DNA from: Malacoraja senta
Taxonomy: Eukaryota
Length of the DNA stretch: 64,000 nucleotides
Reading direction: 5' to 3'
Assembly: GCA_038087875.1 (NCBI GenBank)
Contig: CM075993.1
Location: forward strand, 4,094,001-4,158,000
The position numbers were made by a program, and so were the translations under genes. Each line of letters opens with the position of its first letter. The first letter of the stretch is position 1. Of this stretch, positions 50,336 through 62,771 are shown piece after piece. Under the pieces are notes generated by a model that saw only the letters and a program-made list of their open reading frames with translations, did not search any database and was not told the origin of the DNA.

Positions 50336-51207
50336 AACTAATACTAAGAAGCGTGAAATGTAAAGCCAAGGGGAGTGATCTAAGTGGAAGAGGACGAGGG
50401 GGGTGGAGAGGAGAGGAGAGGAGGGGGGGGGTGCGCGCGAAGATAGGAGAAATGAATGCCGACTGGCGATGGGTGGGGGGCAGAGGAAATGTTGTTACCT
50501 AAAATTAGAGAAATCATTGTTCATACCACACGGAGGTGTGTTAGCAGAGTCTGCAAAATGAAAGGCTCGACATTAGCTGATTGCGGAACCTTTCCATTCC
50601 CCGCTGCTGTAATGTGCAGAACGCTGCCTGCTCAATTCAGGAGGCCAAATGTAGCCCTATCTGTAAACAAGTCCGCACAGCAAGATAACATCAGCAGGAT
50701 CAATATTGAGTCTGGTGCTCACACTTTGTGCATTCAGCAAGTCCAAGGTATTGAGTTCCATCCTCAGCGAAATCCCTCACTGCTGTGACCTCTCAGTCCT
50801 CACTTGACCTCAAGCTGACTATATACGCACACAGAGTCGCTTGCCCAGAAGAGGGGAATCAGGAACTAGAGGACGTTGGTTTAAAGTGAGGGGGAAAGAT
50901 TTTATAGGTTACTGAGATTTTATAGGTAACTTTTTCGCACAAAGGGTGGTGGCGGGTGTATGGAACGAGCTGCCGGAGGACGTAGTTGAGGCTGGGTAGT
51001 GTCACAGGCAGCATCTCTGGAGAGAAGGAATGGGTGACGTTTCGGGTCGAGACTCTTCCACAGACTGAGAGTCAGGGGAGATAGCAGTGAGAGAGGGCGT
51101 TTGCAGAAGTCTCGTTGGAGAGGGGAGGAGAACTGAGGAAGGATTTGAAGACAGGTCTCGACCCGAAAGGTCACCCGTTCCTTCTCTCCAGAGATGCTGC
51201 CTGTCCC

Positions 51208-51716
51208 CTTGCTATTGAGGGAGTGCAGCGTAGGTTTACAAGGTTAATTCCCGGGTTGGCGGGACTGTCATATGCTGAGAGAATGGAGCAGCTGGGCTTG
51301 TACACTCTGGAGTTTAGAAGGATGAGAGGATATCTCATTGAAACATATAAGATTGTTAAGGGCTTGGACACACTAGAGGCAGGAATCATGTTGGGGGAGT
51401 CCAGAACCAGGGGCCACACACAGTTTAAGAATATGGAGTAAGCCATTTAGAATGGAGACGAGGAAACACTTTTTCTCACAGAGAGTGGTGAGTCTGTGGA
51501 ATTCTCTGCCTCAGAGGGCGGTGGAGGCAGGTTCTCTGGATGCTTTCAAGAGAGAGCTAGATAGGGCTCTTAAAGATAGCGGAGTCAGGGGATATGGGGA
51601 GAAGGCAGGAACGGGGTACTGATTGGGGATGATCAGCCATGATCACATTGAATGGCGGTGCTGGCTCGAAGGGCCAAATGGCCTACTCCTGCACCTATTG
51701 TCTATTGTCTATTGTC
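51208..51716 (+). mobile_element. CR1 LINE 3' fragment
   Basis: AIEGVQRRFTRLIPG...; (CTATTGT)n tail. Confidence 0.9.
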
Positions 51717-52504
51717 CCAAATGCTGAGTTACTCCAGCATTTGGCGTCTAATGTACATGGGGCCCTGTCCGTGGTGTGGGCTGGGGCTGGGGCTGGGCTG
51801 CGGTGTCCCAGCCCCGGTACTGGAGCGGCGAGGAGCTGACGTAAGGTGGCCGGGGATTTGATCGACAGAAGGAGCGCCACAAAGAAGGGAGAAGCGCCGG
51901 AGACGCAAACATGTCGATGGAAATTGGAAGCGGTGGAACATTTGCAGGGAAGCAAGGTGAATTAATTGCAAAAGCTAAATGGCTAAAGGCTGAACGATTT
52001 TGGCAGGGGACCATCCCTGGGAAGTCGGGGATTGCAGAGAAACTTGATCAGGGCGGCCGTGAACTACGGCGGATTTTTAAAGCCCGCTGACATGAGAATA
52101 ATTGTTACACTGACAAGTACATTATCTCACGGAAAATCTGCTTATAAAAGCCATCTGAATTAGTTCCAATTGATGGTATGTACCTCCAGGGCATTTCTGT
52201 TCCTTCCTCGACACATCTGCCTGTATCAACTTACTACCAAGAGACTCCAGTAATGCTTGTTGAAAGAATATGGACATAACCGTGTGTGGCAGTTCTGAGG
52301 CTTGTTGTTCTGTGTCAATGACTGCTCTTGTAACGACTTGAATTAAAAAATTCTTGTCCTTCTTTTCAAACCCCTCCCTATCTCCGTCATGTCCCTTGTC
52401 ACCAGTGTGAGCCTCCTCGGCAGTATTGGAGATAGTGCAGACAGCTCGGAATTCCCTCCCCCAAACTCCCCCACCGCACACGCCACCCAGTCCAGAGCAA
52501 TCAG

Positions 52505-53260
52505 GGCATTGTCTATCCATGCCATAGGGTCATACAGCACGGATTCTGGCTTTTCGGCCCTTCTTGACCATGCCGACCAAGGTGCCCCATCTAAGCTGGT
52601 CCCGTTTGTCTGCATTTAGCCAGTGTCCCTCTCATCCTTTCCCATCTAAGCATCTTTTAAATGTCGTTATAGTCCCTGCCTCAACTTTCTCCTCTGGCAG
52701 CTTGTTCCATACACCCACCACCCTCTGTGTGAACCCCACCCCTCCCCCACCCCTCCCCTCCCCTCCCCCCAGGTTCCTATTAAATCTTGCTCCTCTCAAC
52801 TTAAACCTATGCCCTCTGGTTTTTGATTCCCCTGCTCTGGATAAAAGACTGCATTCGCCCTATTAATTCCCCTCATGATTTTATACATCTCTATAAGGTC
52901 ATCCCACGGCCTTCTAAGTTCCAAGGAATAAAGACCTGTCTTGCCTAACCTCAGCCTCTTGAGTCCTGGCAACAACCTGTAAATCTTCTTTATACTTTAT
53001 ACTTTCGACTTGTCTGCATTGTTTCCAAGTTAAAGACATCCTTCCTGTAGCAGGGTGACCACAACTGAACACAGAACCCAAATGTGGCCTTACCAACGTC
53101 TGGTCCAACTGTAACTTGACTTCTATACTCAATACCCTGACTGATGAAGGCTAATGTACCCAAAGCCTTCCTCGCCAACCTAGATACCTGTGATGCCACT
53201 TTCAAGGAACAACGTACCTGTGCCTGCTAGATCCCTCGGTTCTACAACACTAGCATTCAC
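52505..53260 (-). mobile_element. Older CR1 LINE 3' fragment
   Basis: KVASQV...LAFISQGIEYRS...LVRPHL, frameshifted. Confidence 0.82.
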
Positions 53261-53419
53261 TGTCCTTCAGAGATGCTGCCTGGCCCGCTGAGTTACTGCA
53301 GCAATTTGTGTTGGGTGCAAGTTTCCAGCATCTGCAGTTCCTTGTGTTTCTGTGGACAATACAGGTCAGTCGCACTTGAGACTAAAGTCTCCTTCTCTCC
53401 ACAGACAAAGCCACTCTAA

Positions 53420-53737
53420 AGGGCCTGTCCCACTTTCGCGACCTTCACAGGCGACTGCGGGCACCGTCATAGGCTGCCGAAATTTTCAACATGTTGAAAA
53501 TTCAGTGGCCACCAGAAAAACGCTACGTCTCTTTGGAGACCTCTCACGACCATAGGAGACCTCTCATGACCATACAGCCTATATAGTCATGAAAGGTCTC
53601 CTCTGGTCATGTGAGGTCTCCAAAGAGTCGGAGCGTCTTTCTGGTCGCCGCTGAATTTTCAACATGTTGAACATTTTGCCGCCCTATCACGGGTGCCGGC
53701 AGTCACCTGTAAAGGTCGTGTAAGTGGGACAGGGCCT
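53420..53737. mobile_element. PIF/Harbinger-type MITE (unexpanded relative of the 6570 copy)
   Basis: Same TIR and arms as the 6570 copy; TSD TAA. Confidence 0.85.
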
Positions 53738-53824
53738 TAACACCTTGCACCAAGTCCTAACTAAGGAAGAATTTCATTGTCCTATCTGGGACACATGACA
53801 GTAAACTCTCTTGACTTGATTTGA

Positions 53825-53928
53825 CTAACTAGTACCAATTCCTAACTAGTACCAAGTCCTAACTAGTACCAAGTCCTAACTAGTACTAAGTCCTAACTAG
53901 TACCAATTCCTAACTAGTACTAAGTCCT
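53825..53928. repeat. 17-bp tandem repeat x6 (CTAACTAGTACCAAGTC)
   Basis: Direct observation; seed motif also present at about 53749-53763, before a short LINE tail. Confidence 0.9.
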
Positions 53929-54404
53929 GTTTACCCAGCACCTCTGTGGCTTTAGCATAACATCAATGACTGAATTTTAAAATTGTTCTAAAGAAATCCT
54001 CAGAGATTGGAGAGGATAAGGCAACTTTGTCGATATAAAAGGGCTGTGTATTTACTGGAGAGTAACGGTGACAGAACTGACTTGTGTCAGTTTGTACAAA
54101 GGCTTCCTTTTTTCAATTAAAAATGTGGCCTTGAAATATTTCTGTGGTGTTATCAAAATTTCTGCCAACAATGAGGGAGTGCTTGATATTCCTTGAAGCT
54201 GTTTTGTTGCGGCTAATTTACCGTCTAAATTGCAATCAATGAGCCTTGAGACAGTAATTTACAAAATAATTGGTTATATGGGCTGGATATTCTGCCATGT
54301 CCTGTTCTGTTTTCTAATTAAAGTTGAATCTTGTTATCTTGTTGTTTATTGTGGTCCACGTCCTTCCAGTCTCTGCCTATTTATGTGTCTGTGTAAATGC
54401 CCAG

Positions 54405-54895
54405 AGTCATAGAGTCTTCCAGCGTGCAAACAGGCCCTTCGGCCCAACTTGCCCACGCCGACCAACATGCCCCATCTACACTAGTCCCACCTGCCTGCAT
54501 TTGGCCCATATCCTTATAAACCTTTTCTCTCCATGTACCTGTCCAAATGTCTTATAAACAGTGGGATCGTTCCTGCCTCAACTACCTCGTCTGGCAGTTC
54601 GTTCCATATACCCACCACCCTTTCTGTGAAAAAAGTTACCCCTCAGGATCCTATTAAATCTTTCCCTCTCTCACCATAAACTCATGTCCTCTGGTTCCTG
54701 ACTCCCCTACTCTGGGTAAAAGACTGTGCATTTACCCCATCTATTCCCTTCATGATCTTATACACCTCCATAAGATCGATCCTCATCATCCTGCGCTCCA
54801 AGTAATAGAGTCCCAGCCTGCTCAACCTCTCCCTATAACTCAGGCCCTCAAGTCCTGGCAGCATCTTCATAAATCTTCCCTGCACTCTTTCCAGC
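54405..54895 (-). mobile_element. CR1/HER1 LINE 3' fragment whose tail is shared with the SINE
   Basis: KLERVQ.RF..MLPGLEGLSYRERL; 3' end GGGCCGAAGGGCCTGTT. Confidence 0.85.
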
Positions 54896-55342
54896 TTTTG
54901 TACATTGGGCCGCACATCGACGGGTTGCTGAAATGTTGCCCGTCAATGTTTGGGCTCAGCGATGCACAGCCTGCAACTGTGGATGAGGATTCCATGGTAA
55001 AGCCTTGAAAAGAAGCATAGTCGCAAGGGCTGAGGGATTGATTGGAGAGCACTTTCAATGATGAGCTCGATCAGATAACTTGGTCGGCATGGCTGAGGGG
55101 CTGAAGTGCATTTCTTGATTAGTGCGGGTGTCAGGGGTTATGGGAGAAGGCAGGAGAATGGGGTTGAGAGGGAAAAATATTTCAGCCATGATTGAATGGC
55201 GGAGCAGACTTGATGGGCTGAATGCACTAATTCTGCTCCTATAACCTATGAACTTATGTGAGCCAGCACTGGCAGAATGGGCCGAATAGCCTCTTTCAGA
55301 GAGCTTCAATAATTCACTCAATATCTGTTGAGAATCTGTCCC

Positions 55343-55655
55343 GGCATGGTGGCGTAGCGGTAGAGATACTTCCTCACGGTGCCAGTGACCCGGGTTTGCT
55401 CCCGACTACGGGTCTTATCCGTGCGGAGTTTGCACGTTCTCCCCGTGACCTGCCTGCGCCGATTTTCTCCGAGATCTTCGGTCTCCTCCCACGCTCCAAA
55501 GTCGTTCAGGTTTGCAGGTTAATTGGCTTGGTATAAGTGTAAAATTGTCCCTAGAATGTGTAGGGTAGTGTCAATGTGCGGGGATCGCTGGTCGGTGCGG
55601 ACTTGGGCCGCCGAAGGGCCTGTTTCAGCGCCGTATCTCTAAACTAAACTAAACT
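55343..55655 (+). mobile_element. V-SINE (HE1-like)
   Basis: A/B boxes, V-domain, (TAAAC)n tail. Confidence 0.85.
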
Positions 55656-56185
55656 TTAGAATGGGAAAGAGGAGAGGGTAAGGTTAATGTTCCAAGTCAG
55701 TGACCTCTCACCAGACCATGCGTAGGGTGAGTTTATATATTCTATCTGTCAACAGGGACAATGAAAGTTACCACGCGCCTATTCTGGGTCGAGCAGTAAA
55801 TTGCTGCTATTAACCGCTGCAGAAGTTCAATGCTATAAACTAGGGTTCAAAGGTTGTTTATAAATGACTAATGGTGTTCTCTCTTGGTTTTACGATCTTG
55901 TACAAAACAGCTTTCAATACCTGAGCATTATCTCTCATTATCTTCATAATTAAGCCTCGTGACAGCTGAAACACTGAAAGCCGTTTCACTTCTACACTCA
56001 GAGAGGGCACCAAAACAGTACTTAATCACAGCAGCTATGGAAACAATCAGGAGAGACGCACTTCAAGAGTCAAGGGTGTTTTATTGTCATGTCCCAGATA
56101 GAACAATGAAATTCTGAATATGTAAACATGTAACAGAATATGTAAACATATTACACTCTAAACAATGTAATAAACGAGAAAAGAA

Positions 56186-56348
<163 letters not shown>

Positions 56349-56569
56349 TTTTTTTTAAATGTTGTTGTTTTTTTTGTTCTTTTTTTCCTTGTCACAACCT
56401 GAAACGTCGACCATTCCTTAGCTCCGGAGATGCTACCTGTCCCGCTGAGTTACTCCAGCTTCTTGTGTCTATCTTCCAATGATGGAACATCAAATCTGGT
56501 TCAGAGCACACGTGCTATAATACTGAGCGAAGCATCTTGCCATGGGGGGAATATTTAGATGTTTCATAA

Positions 56570-57250
56570 GTTCATAGAAAAATAGGTGCAGGAGTAGTCC
56601 ATTCGGCCCTTTGAGTCAGCACCGCCATTCAATATGATCATGGCTGATCATTTAAAATCAGTACCCCGTTCCTGCTTTTGCCCCATATCCCTTGATTCCT
56701 TAAGCCCAAAGAGCTACATTTAACCATCTTGAAACCATCCAGTGATTCGGCCTCCACTGCCGTCTGTGGCAGAGAATTCCACAGATTCACAACTCCCCGG
56801 GTGTAAAAGTTTTTCCTCATCTCAGTCCTAAATGGCCGACCCCTTATTCTTAAACTGTGTCCCCTGGTTCTGGACTCCCCCAACATTGGGAACATTTTTC
56901 CTGCATCTAGCCTGTCCAATCCTTTAAGAATTTTATATGTTGCTATGAGATGCCCTCTCATCCTTCGAAATTGCCGTGAATTTTGGAGCAGAATTAGGCC
57001 ATTCGGCCCAATGAGCCAACTCCGCCATTCAATCATGGCTGATCTATCTCTCCCTCTCAACCCCATTCTCCTGCCCTCACCCTGTAACCTTTGATGCTCA
57101 TACTAATCAGAAATCTATCAATCTCCGCTTTACAAATACCCAAAGACGGCCTCCATAGCCGTCTGTGGCAACGAGTTCCACAGATTCACCACCCTCTGGT
57201 GTGAATTCTTCCTCATCTCCTTTCTAAAGATATGTTCTTTTATTCTGTGG
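56570..57250 (-). mobile_element. Two adjacent CR1 3' fragments
   Basis: RRMRGHLI..YKILKGLDRLDAG...RTRGH; two tail types. Confidence 0.82.
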
Positions 57251-58129
57251 CTGATGTTGATGACCTAAGATCTTGCTGGGCCAAAGAGTATAAGGTGGCG
57301 GCCGATTCAGAGGTCCAGGATGTTCTTCTGCCCGTAGCAGCGACTGCGGGGGGCTCGGGAGGCCACGACCACGGGCGAACATCGGGGAACATCAGCGAGG
57401 AGGTTGACTGGACTTTGGTTCCTTCCCCTACAGTGGGGAACATTTGGTGCCGCTGTGGGGATGTATGTGTTGTGGACTATTGTGTTCTGTGTTTTATCCA
57501 TTTATTTATTTATTCATTCGTATGACTGTATGGGAAATAGCATTTCGTTGTCTCTTGAAGACAATGAGAATTGAATTGAATCAAATCAAATCAGTGTCTC
57601 CATATGGTATCTCTCTCTGTGAACAACAGAGAAAGAAATAGAATTAATATGAATCAAATTAAGTACAGAAAGAGTAGGAAAGTTTTCAAGACGGGGGGAA
57701 AAGCAACAAAAGTCAATAAAAATTAAAAATTAAAAATAGCATTTCAATATTGAATTTGAAAAAGTGTCTGACAGCGTTCGCTACCTGTGGGACTGACATT
57801 AGACCATTCAAATCATTTCTTATTTCGGCTTGAGATTACAGTAATAATATTCTCCTCAGTGTGATGTTCCTTGCACTAATAAGTGGCAGGTCTAACCTGA
57901 AGGCAGAATCAATAGTACCTTTCTGAAGGGAATTGGATAATTAGGTTGTTATCAGCAACTAGGGTTGGAAATTGTGAAATGTTAGTGTCACAGCACAGAT
58001 GTACAAGGCCTTTAATATGGGAAGATGGCCTTTTGTTTGCCTGTAATGCCATTTGGTTGATTGATTGAAAGATACAGCGCGGAAACAGGCCCTTCGGCCC
58101 ATCGGGTCCGCACCGACCGGCGATCCCTG

Positions 58130-59185
58130 CTTCCAAATTTGAGGAAGGACATTCTTGCTATTGAGGGAGTGCAGTGTAGGTTCACCAGGTTAATTCCCGG
58201 GATGGCGGGACTGTCATATGTTGAAAGAGTGAAGCGACTGGGCTTGTACACACTGGAATTTAGAAGGATGAGAGGGAATCTAATTGAAACATATAAGATT
58301 ATTAACGGTAGACAGAAATGCTGGAGAAACTCAGCGGGTGCAGCAGCATCTATGGAGCGACTCTAACCCTAACCCAAAACATTGCCTATTTCCCTCGCTC
58401 CATAGATGCTGCTGCACCCGCTGAGTTTCTCCAGCATTTTTGTCTACCTTCGATTTTCCAGCATCTGCAGTTCCTTCTTAAACAAGATTATTAAGGGATT
58501 GGACACGCTAGAGGCAGGAAACGTGTTCCCAATGTTGTGGGAGTCCAGAACCAGGGGCCACAGTTTAAGAATAAAGGGTAGGCCATTTAGAACGGAGATG
58601 AGAAAAAGCTTTTTCACCCAGAGGGTTGTGAATCTGTGGAATTCTCTGCCTCAGAATGCAGTGGAGGCCAATTCTCTGGATGCTTTCAAGAGAGAGTTAA
58701 AGCCCTGTCCCACGGTACGAGTTCATTCCAAGAGCTCTCCTGAGTTTAAAAAAAATCAAACTCGTGGTAAGCACGGAGAATGAACGTAGCGGGTACGTCA
58801 GAGTTCGGGAACGTCTCTTAGCGGCTCGTAACGCTAACTGCAGGTACTCGGGAAGACTCGTTAATGGCAGGTAATCACGGGAAGACTCGTGAAGATTTTT
58901 CAACATGTTGAAAAATGTCCACGAGAGCCCCGAGTACCGACGAGTGGCCATTACCGTAAATCTCCGAGTTCGAATCAGGGCAAACTCGGGAGGGCTCTTG
59001 GAATGAACTCGTACCGTGGGACAAGGCTATTAGATAGAGCTCTTAAAGATAGTGGAGTCAAGGGATATGGGGAGAAGGCAGGAACAGGGCACTGATTGTG
59101 GATGATCAGCCATGATCACAGTGAATGGCGGTGCTGGCTCTAAGTGCCGATAGGCCTACTCCTGCACCTATTGTCTATTGTCTGT
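58130..59185 (+). mobile_element. CR1 3' fragment interrupted by a Penelope hairpin unit and a MITE
   Basis: PNLRKDILAIEGVQ...; resumes after 58494 and after 59029. Confidence 0.88.
58700..59029. mobile_element. PIF/Harbinger-type MITE inside a CR1 fragment
   Basis: TIR AGCCCTGTCCCACGGTACGAGTTCATTCCAAGAG; TSD TTA splits AGAGAGTTA/GATAG. Confidence 0.85.
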
Positions 59186-59623
59186 TAATGCTGCCCTATA
59201 CACACTAGGGACAATTTTACATTTATTCCAAGCCAATTAACCTACAAACCTGTATGTCTTTCGAGTGTGGGAGGAAACTGAAGATCTCGGAAAAAATCCA
59301 CGCGGTCACGGGGAGAAATTACAAACTCCATGCAGACAGTGCCCGCAGTCGGGATCGAACCCGGGTCTCCGGCGCCGAAAGCGCTAAAAGGCAGCAACTC
59401 TACCGCTGCGCCACCGTGTTCTATGCTATCCCACTTTTACATCCCTACACACTAGAGGCGAAGTAACCCGGACATCTTTGGGATGTGGGGAGAAACCAGA
59501 GCACTCGGCGGACAACCCGCGAGAACGTGCAAACTCCACACGCGGACAGCACCCGAGGCCAGGATCGAACCCAGCTCTCTGGCGCTGTGAGGCTGTGTGA
59601 AAGGGACTCTTTAAATGTACGTG

Positions 59624-60001
59624 CAGGTCCCACCACCAATTTTCTGGCACTCTTGGTTCCAGAGCCTTGCTGGATTATCCGTTTTGCCGGACCACCAGAG
59701 GTCACAGCCTTGGGGGGGGGGGGGCTGGGATACCGGCCCGCAAAGTTGGCCGCAGGAGTCGACAATGGGAGCGTATCTGCCGGCTCCAGCTGGGCCGGAG
59801 TTCCAGAGCTTCGACCCAACGATCAGATGTCCCGCCCGCCGCGGAAGTCCTGATGAGGACGAGATCGGCCGCCTTATCCAGCCTAGACGCCACTTTTTCG
59901 GGGGGAATTGTGGGGGAGATTTCAAGTGCGCTCTTGTCATCTTGCCTGGATTGAAGGAGGTGGCGGACCACCAGTTTGCCGGAAAATCAGCGGTGGACCT
60001 C
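59624..60001. mobile_element. Tc1/pogo-like MITE
   Basis: Imperfect TIRs CAGGTCCCACCACCAATTTTCTGGC / GCCGGAAAATCAGCGGTGGACCT. Confidence 0.5.
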
Positions 60002-60025
60002 TCGTTTCCCTAATCCCTAACCAGT

Positions 60026-60053
60026 CTGAAGAAGGGTCTCGACCCGAAACGTC
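60026..60053 (+). ncRNA. Minimal type-I hammerhead ribozyme motif (representative intact copy)
   Basis: CUGAAGA, stem II GGGU-CUCG-ACCC, then GAA-ACGU-C; palindromic ACGU replaces helix III as in PLE minimal hammerheads. Confidence 0.7.
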
Positions 60054-60262
60054 ACCCATTCCTTCTCTCCAGAGACGCTGCCTGTCCCGCTGAGTTAATC
60101 CAGCTATTTGTGTCTATCTCCGGTATTACTTTAACATATCTTCATTATTGTCATGGGGTGGGAGATTGCAACCTTCACGTGGTCCACCCTGTTTCGACGA
60201 ATGCAATCAACCTGGCCTGCACAAATAGAAGATCAAACAGAACAAGTTGTCTTACACCTTTA

Positions 60263-60495
60263 AGGGCCTGTCCCACTTTCACGACCTAATTCACGACCTC
60301 TGCCGAGTTTGACGACTCTGACGACTCATACTCGCAGCATGGTCGTCACGAGGTCGTAGGAGGTCGTAGCAGGCCGTGATGCTAGTCGGAGGTACTCGTG
60401 GCACCAAGTAGGTCGGGGCGTTTTTTCTAGCCTGATGAAAAATGTCCACGAGTAAAAAAGGTTGTGAATTAGGTCTTGAAAGTGGGACAGGCCCT
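60263..60495. mobile_element. PIF/Harbinger-type MITE
   Basis: TIR AGGGCCTGTCCCACTTTCA; TSD TTA. Confidence 0.85.
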
Positions 60496-61222
60496 TTAGG
60501 CTGTGCACGCCATACACAAGAAGAAGATTATTGTCATCCATCAAACTTCCAAAGTGCAAGAAAGTCGGCTGCCATCTGCTTGCTCCCAGAGTGAACCTTG
60601 AACCACTCTCAGGATTTACAGCAGATGGGATAAAGGGGACGCCACCTCAATCACATTGGCTTTTGGCCCTCTCCTCCTCCACCAGTGACTGGGGCAGATG
60701 CACTCAATAGAGCCTTTATAATGAATCACCCCACTTTGCACAAGCTATCCAGGGTAGGGCTCTGGGCAATCAATTTGAGACATTTGAATGCAGAGTGGGG
60801 ATGCAAAATGTTTTCACTTTTCTGTGCTATGATGAACCAACTGAGGTTATACGAAGTGCAGTGTGAGAGCAGTCCTGATCTACCCCACAGGTGACCATTG
60901 GACCATCCTTTGTTTAAGAAATAACTGCAGATGCTGGAAAAAATCAAAGGTAGACAAAAATGCTGGGGAAACTCAGCGGGTGAGGCAGCATCTATGGAGC
61001 GAAGGAATAGGTGACGTTTCGGGTCGAGACCCTTCTTCAGACTGTTGTGTCTGCCAGGCCCTGGGCTCCATTTGGTGGGTGGTAGAGCAGGCACCTCTGG
61101 TCCTGGACTCTCCCACTAGTGGAGACATCCTTTCCACGTCCACTCCATCCAAGCCAAACGTTTACAGGGATATGAGCCAATGGCGGACAGGTGGGACTAG
61201 TATAGATAGGCAACTTAGTTGG

Positions 61223-61695
61223 TACACAAAAATGCTGGAGAAACTCAGCGGGTGCAGCAGCATCTATGGAGCGAAGGAAATAGGCAACGTTTCGGGCCGA
61301 AACCCTTCTTCAGACTGATAGGGGGTGGGGAGAAGAAAGGAAAAAAGGAAAAAGGCAGAGGAGGAGCCTGAGGGCTGGGGGAGGGGAGGAGACAACCAGA
61401 GGGCTGATGAAGGGGAGGGGACAGCAAGGGCTAGCAGAATTGGGAGAATTCAATGTTCAAGCCCCCAGGATGTAGACTGCCCAAGCGGAATATGAGGTGC
61501 ATTTCCTCCAATTTCCGGTGTTGCTCGCTGTGGCCATGGAGGAGACCCAGGAGAGAGAGGTCAGATACGGAATGGGAGGGGGAGTTGAAGCGCTGAGCCA
61601 CCGGGAGGTCAAGTTGGTTATTGCGGACCGGTGTTCGGCGAAACGATCGCCAAGCCTCCGCTTGGTCTCACCGATGTAGATCAGCTGGCATGTTG
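61223..61695 (-). mobile_element. Penelope-like element 3' fragment, same subfamily as the 21533 copy
   Basis: Near-identical to 21533-22010; TSD GGCAACTTAGTTGG (61209-61222 / 61696-61709); inserted in a CR1 tail. Confidence 0.88.
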
Positions 61696-62771
61696 GGCAA
61701 CTTAGTTGGCATGGGCAAGTTGGGCCGAGGGGCCTGTTTCCATGCTGTGTAACTCTATGTTAGCAGTCTGAACATAACAGTGAAATCTTCCCAACAAGTT
61801 CATGACACATAAAACCTCTTAAAGTAACATTCAGAATAATAAACTGACATATTAAGCACCACACATTAATATCTAGTGCAGTAATTTTGTTGGTAATGTC
61901 CCCATAATTCTATTCTGCCAGAATATTTTATTGGTCTGCTCTGTAGATGAAATACTGTATGGTGGTTTGGCTGTGTACCATTGATAATGGGAATGGGAAA
62001 GCAATCCTGTCTGCAACCATTTTGCAGTAACTACACATTTCATTCATCGTTTAGCAGACTAAGTGATTGTCTTTCTGAATTGATGATAATAGCATTTCTT
62101 GAAAGTGAGGGTCAAATTCATCGGTGTTGACAGCAACTGTATGGGGATAAACTGTAGACTTGTTCTCTATCTCTCTCTATATTCATTTGTTCTATATCTC
62201 TCCACATCACTATCTATTTCTCTCATTTCCCTTTCCCCAGACTAGTCTGCAGAAGGGTCTCGACCCAAATCGTCACCTATTCCTTCTCTCCAGGGGGTGT
62301 TTCCTGTCCCTCTGAGTTACTCCAGCATTTTGTGTCTCTTCGGTTTAAACCACCATCTGCAGTTCCTTCCTACACTATCCACCTGCAACCATTTTGCAGC
62401 AGCAGCATATATCATTCATAGTGTAGCAGACTAAGTGATTGTCTTTCTGAATTGATGTTAATAGCATTCTCTGAAAGTGAGGGTCGAATTCATCGGTGTT
62501 GACACCAACTTGTTGTTAGTGAGGTGACGGTGGCGCAGCGGTAGAGTTGCTGCCTTACAGCGAATGGAGCGCCGGAGACCCGGGTTCAATCCTGACTACG
62601 GGTGCTGTCTGTACGGAGTTTGTACGTTCTCCCCGTGATCTGCGTGGGTTTTCCCCCCACACTCCAAAGACGTACAGGTTTGTAGGTTAAATGGCTTGGT
62701 AAATGTAAAAATTGTCTCTTGTGGGTGTAGGATAGTGTTAATGTGTGGTGGGCCGAAGGGCCTGTTTCCAC

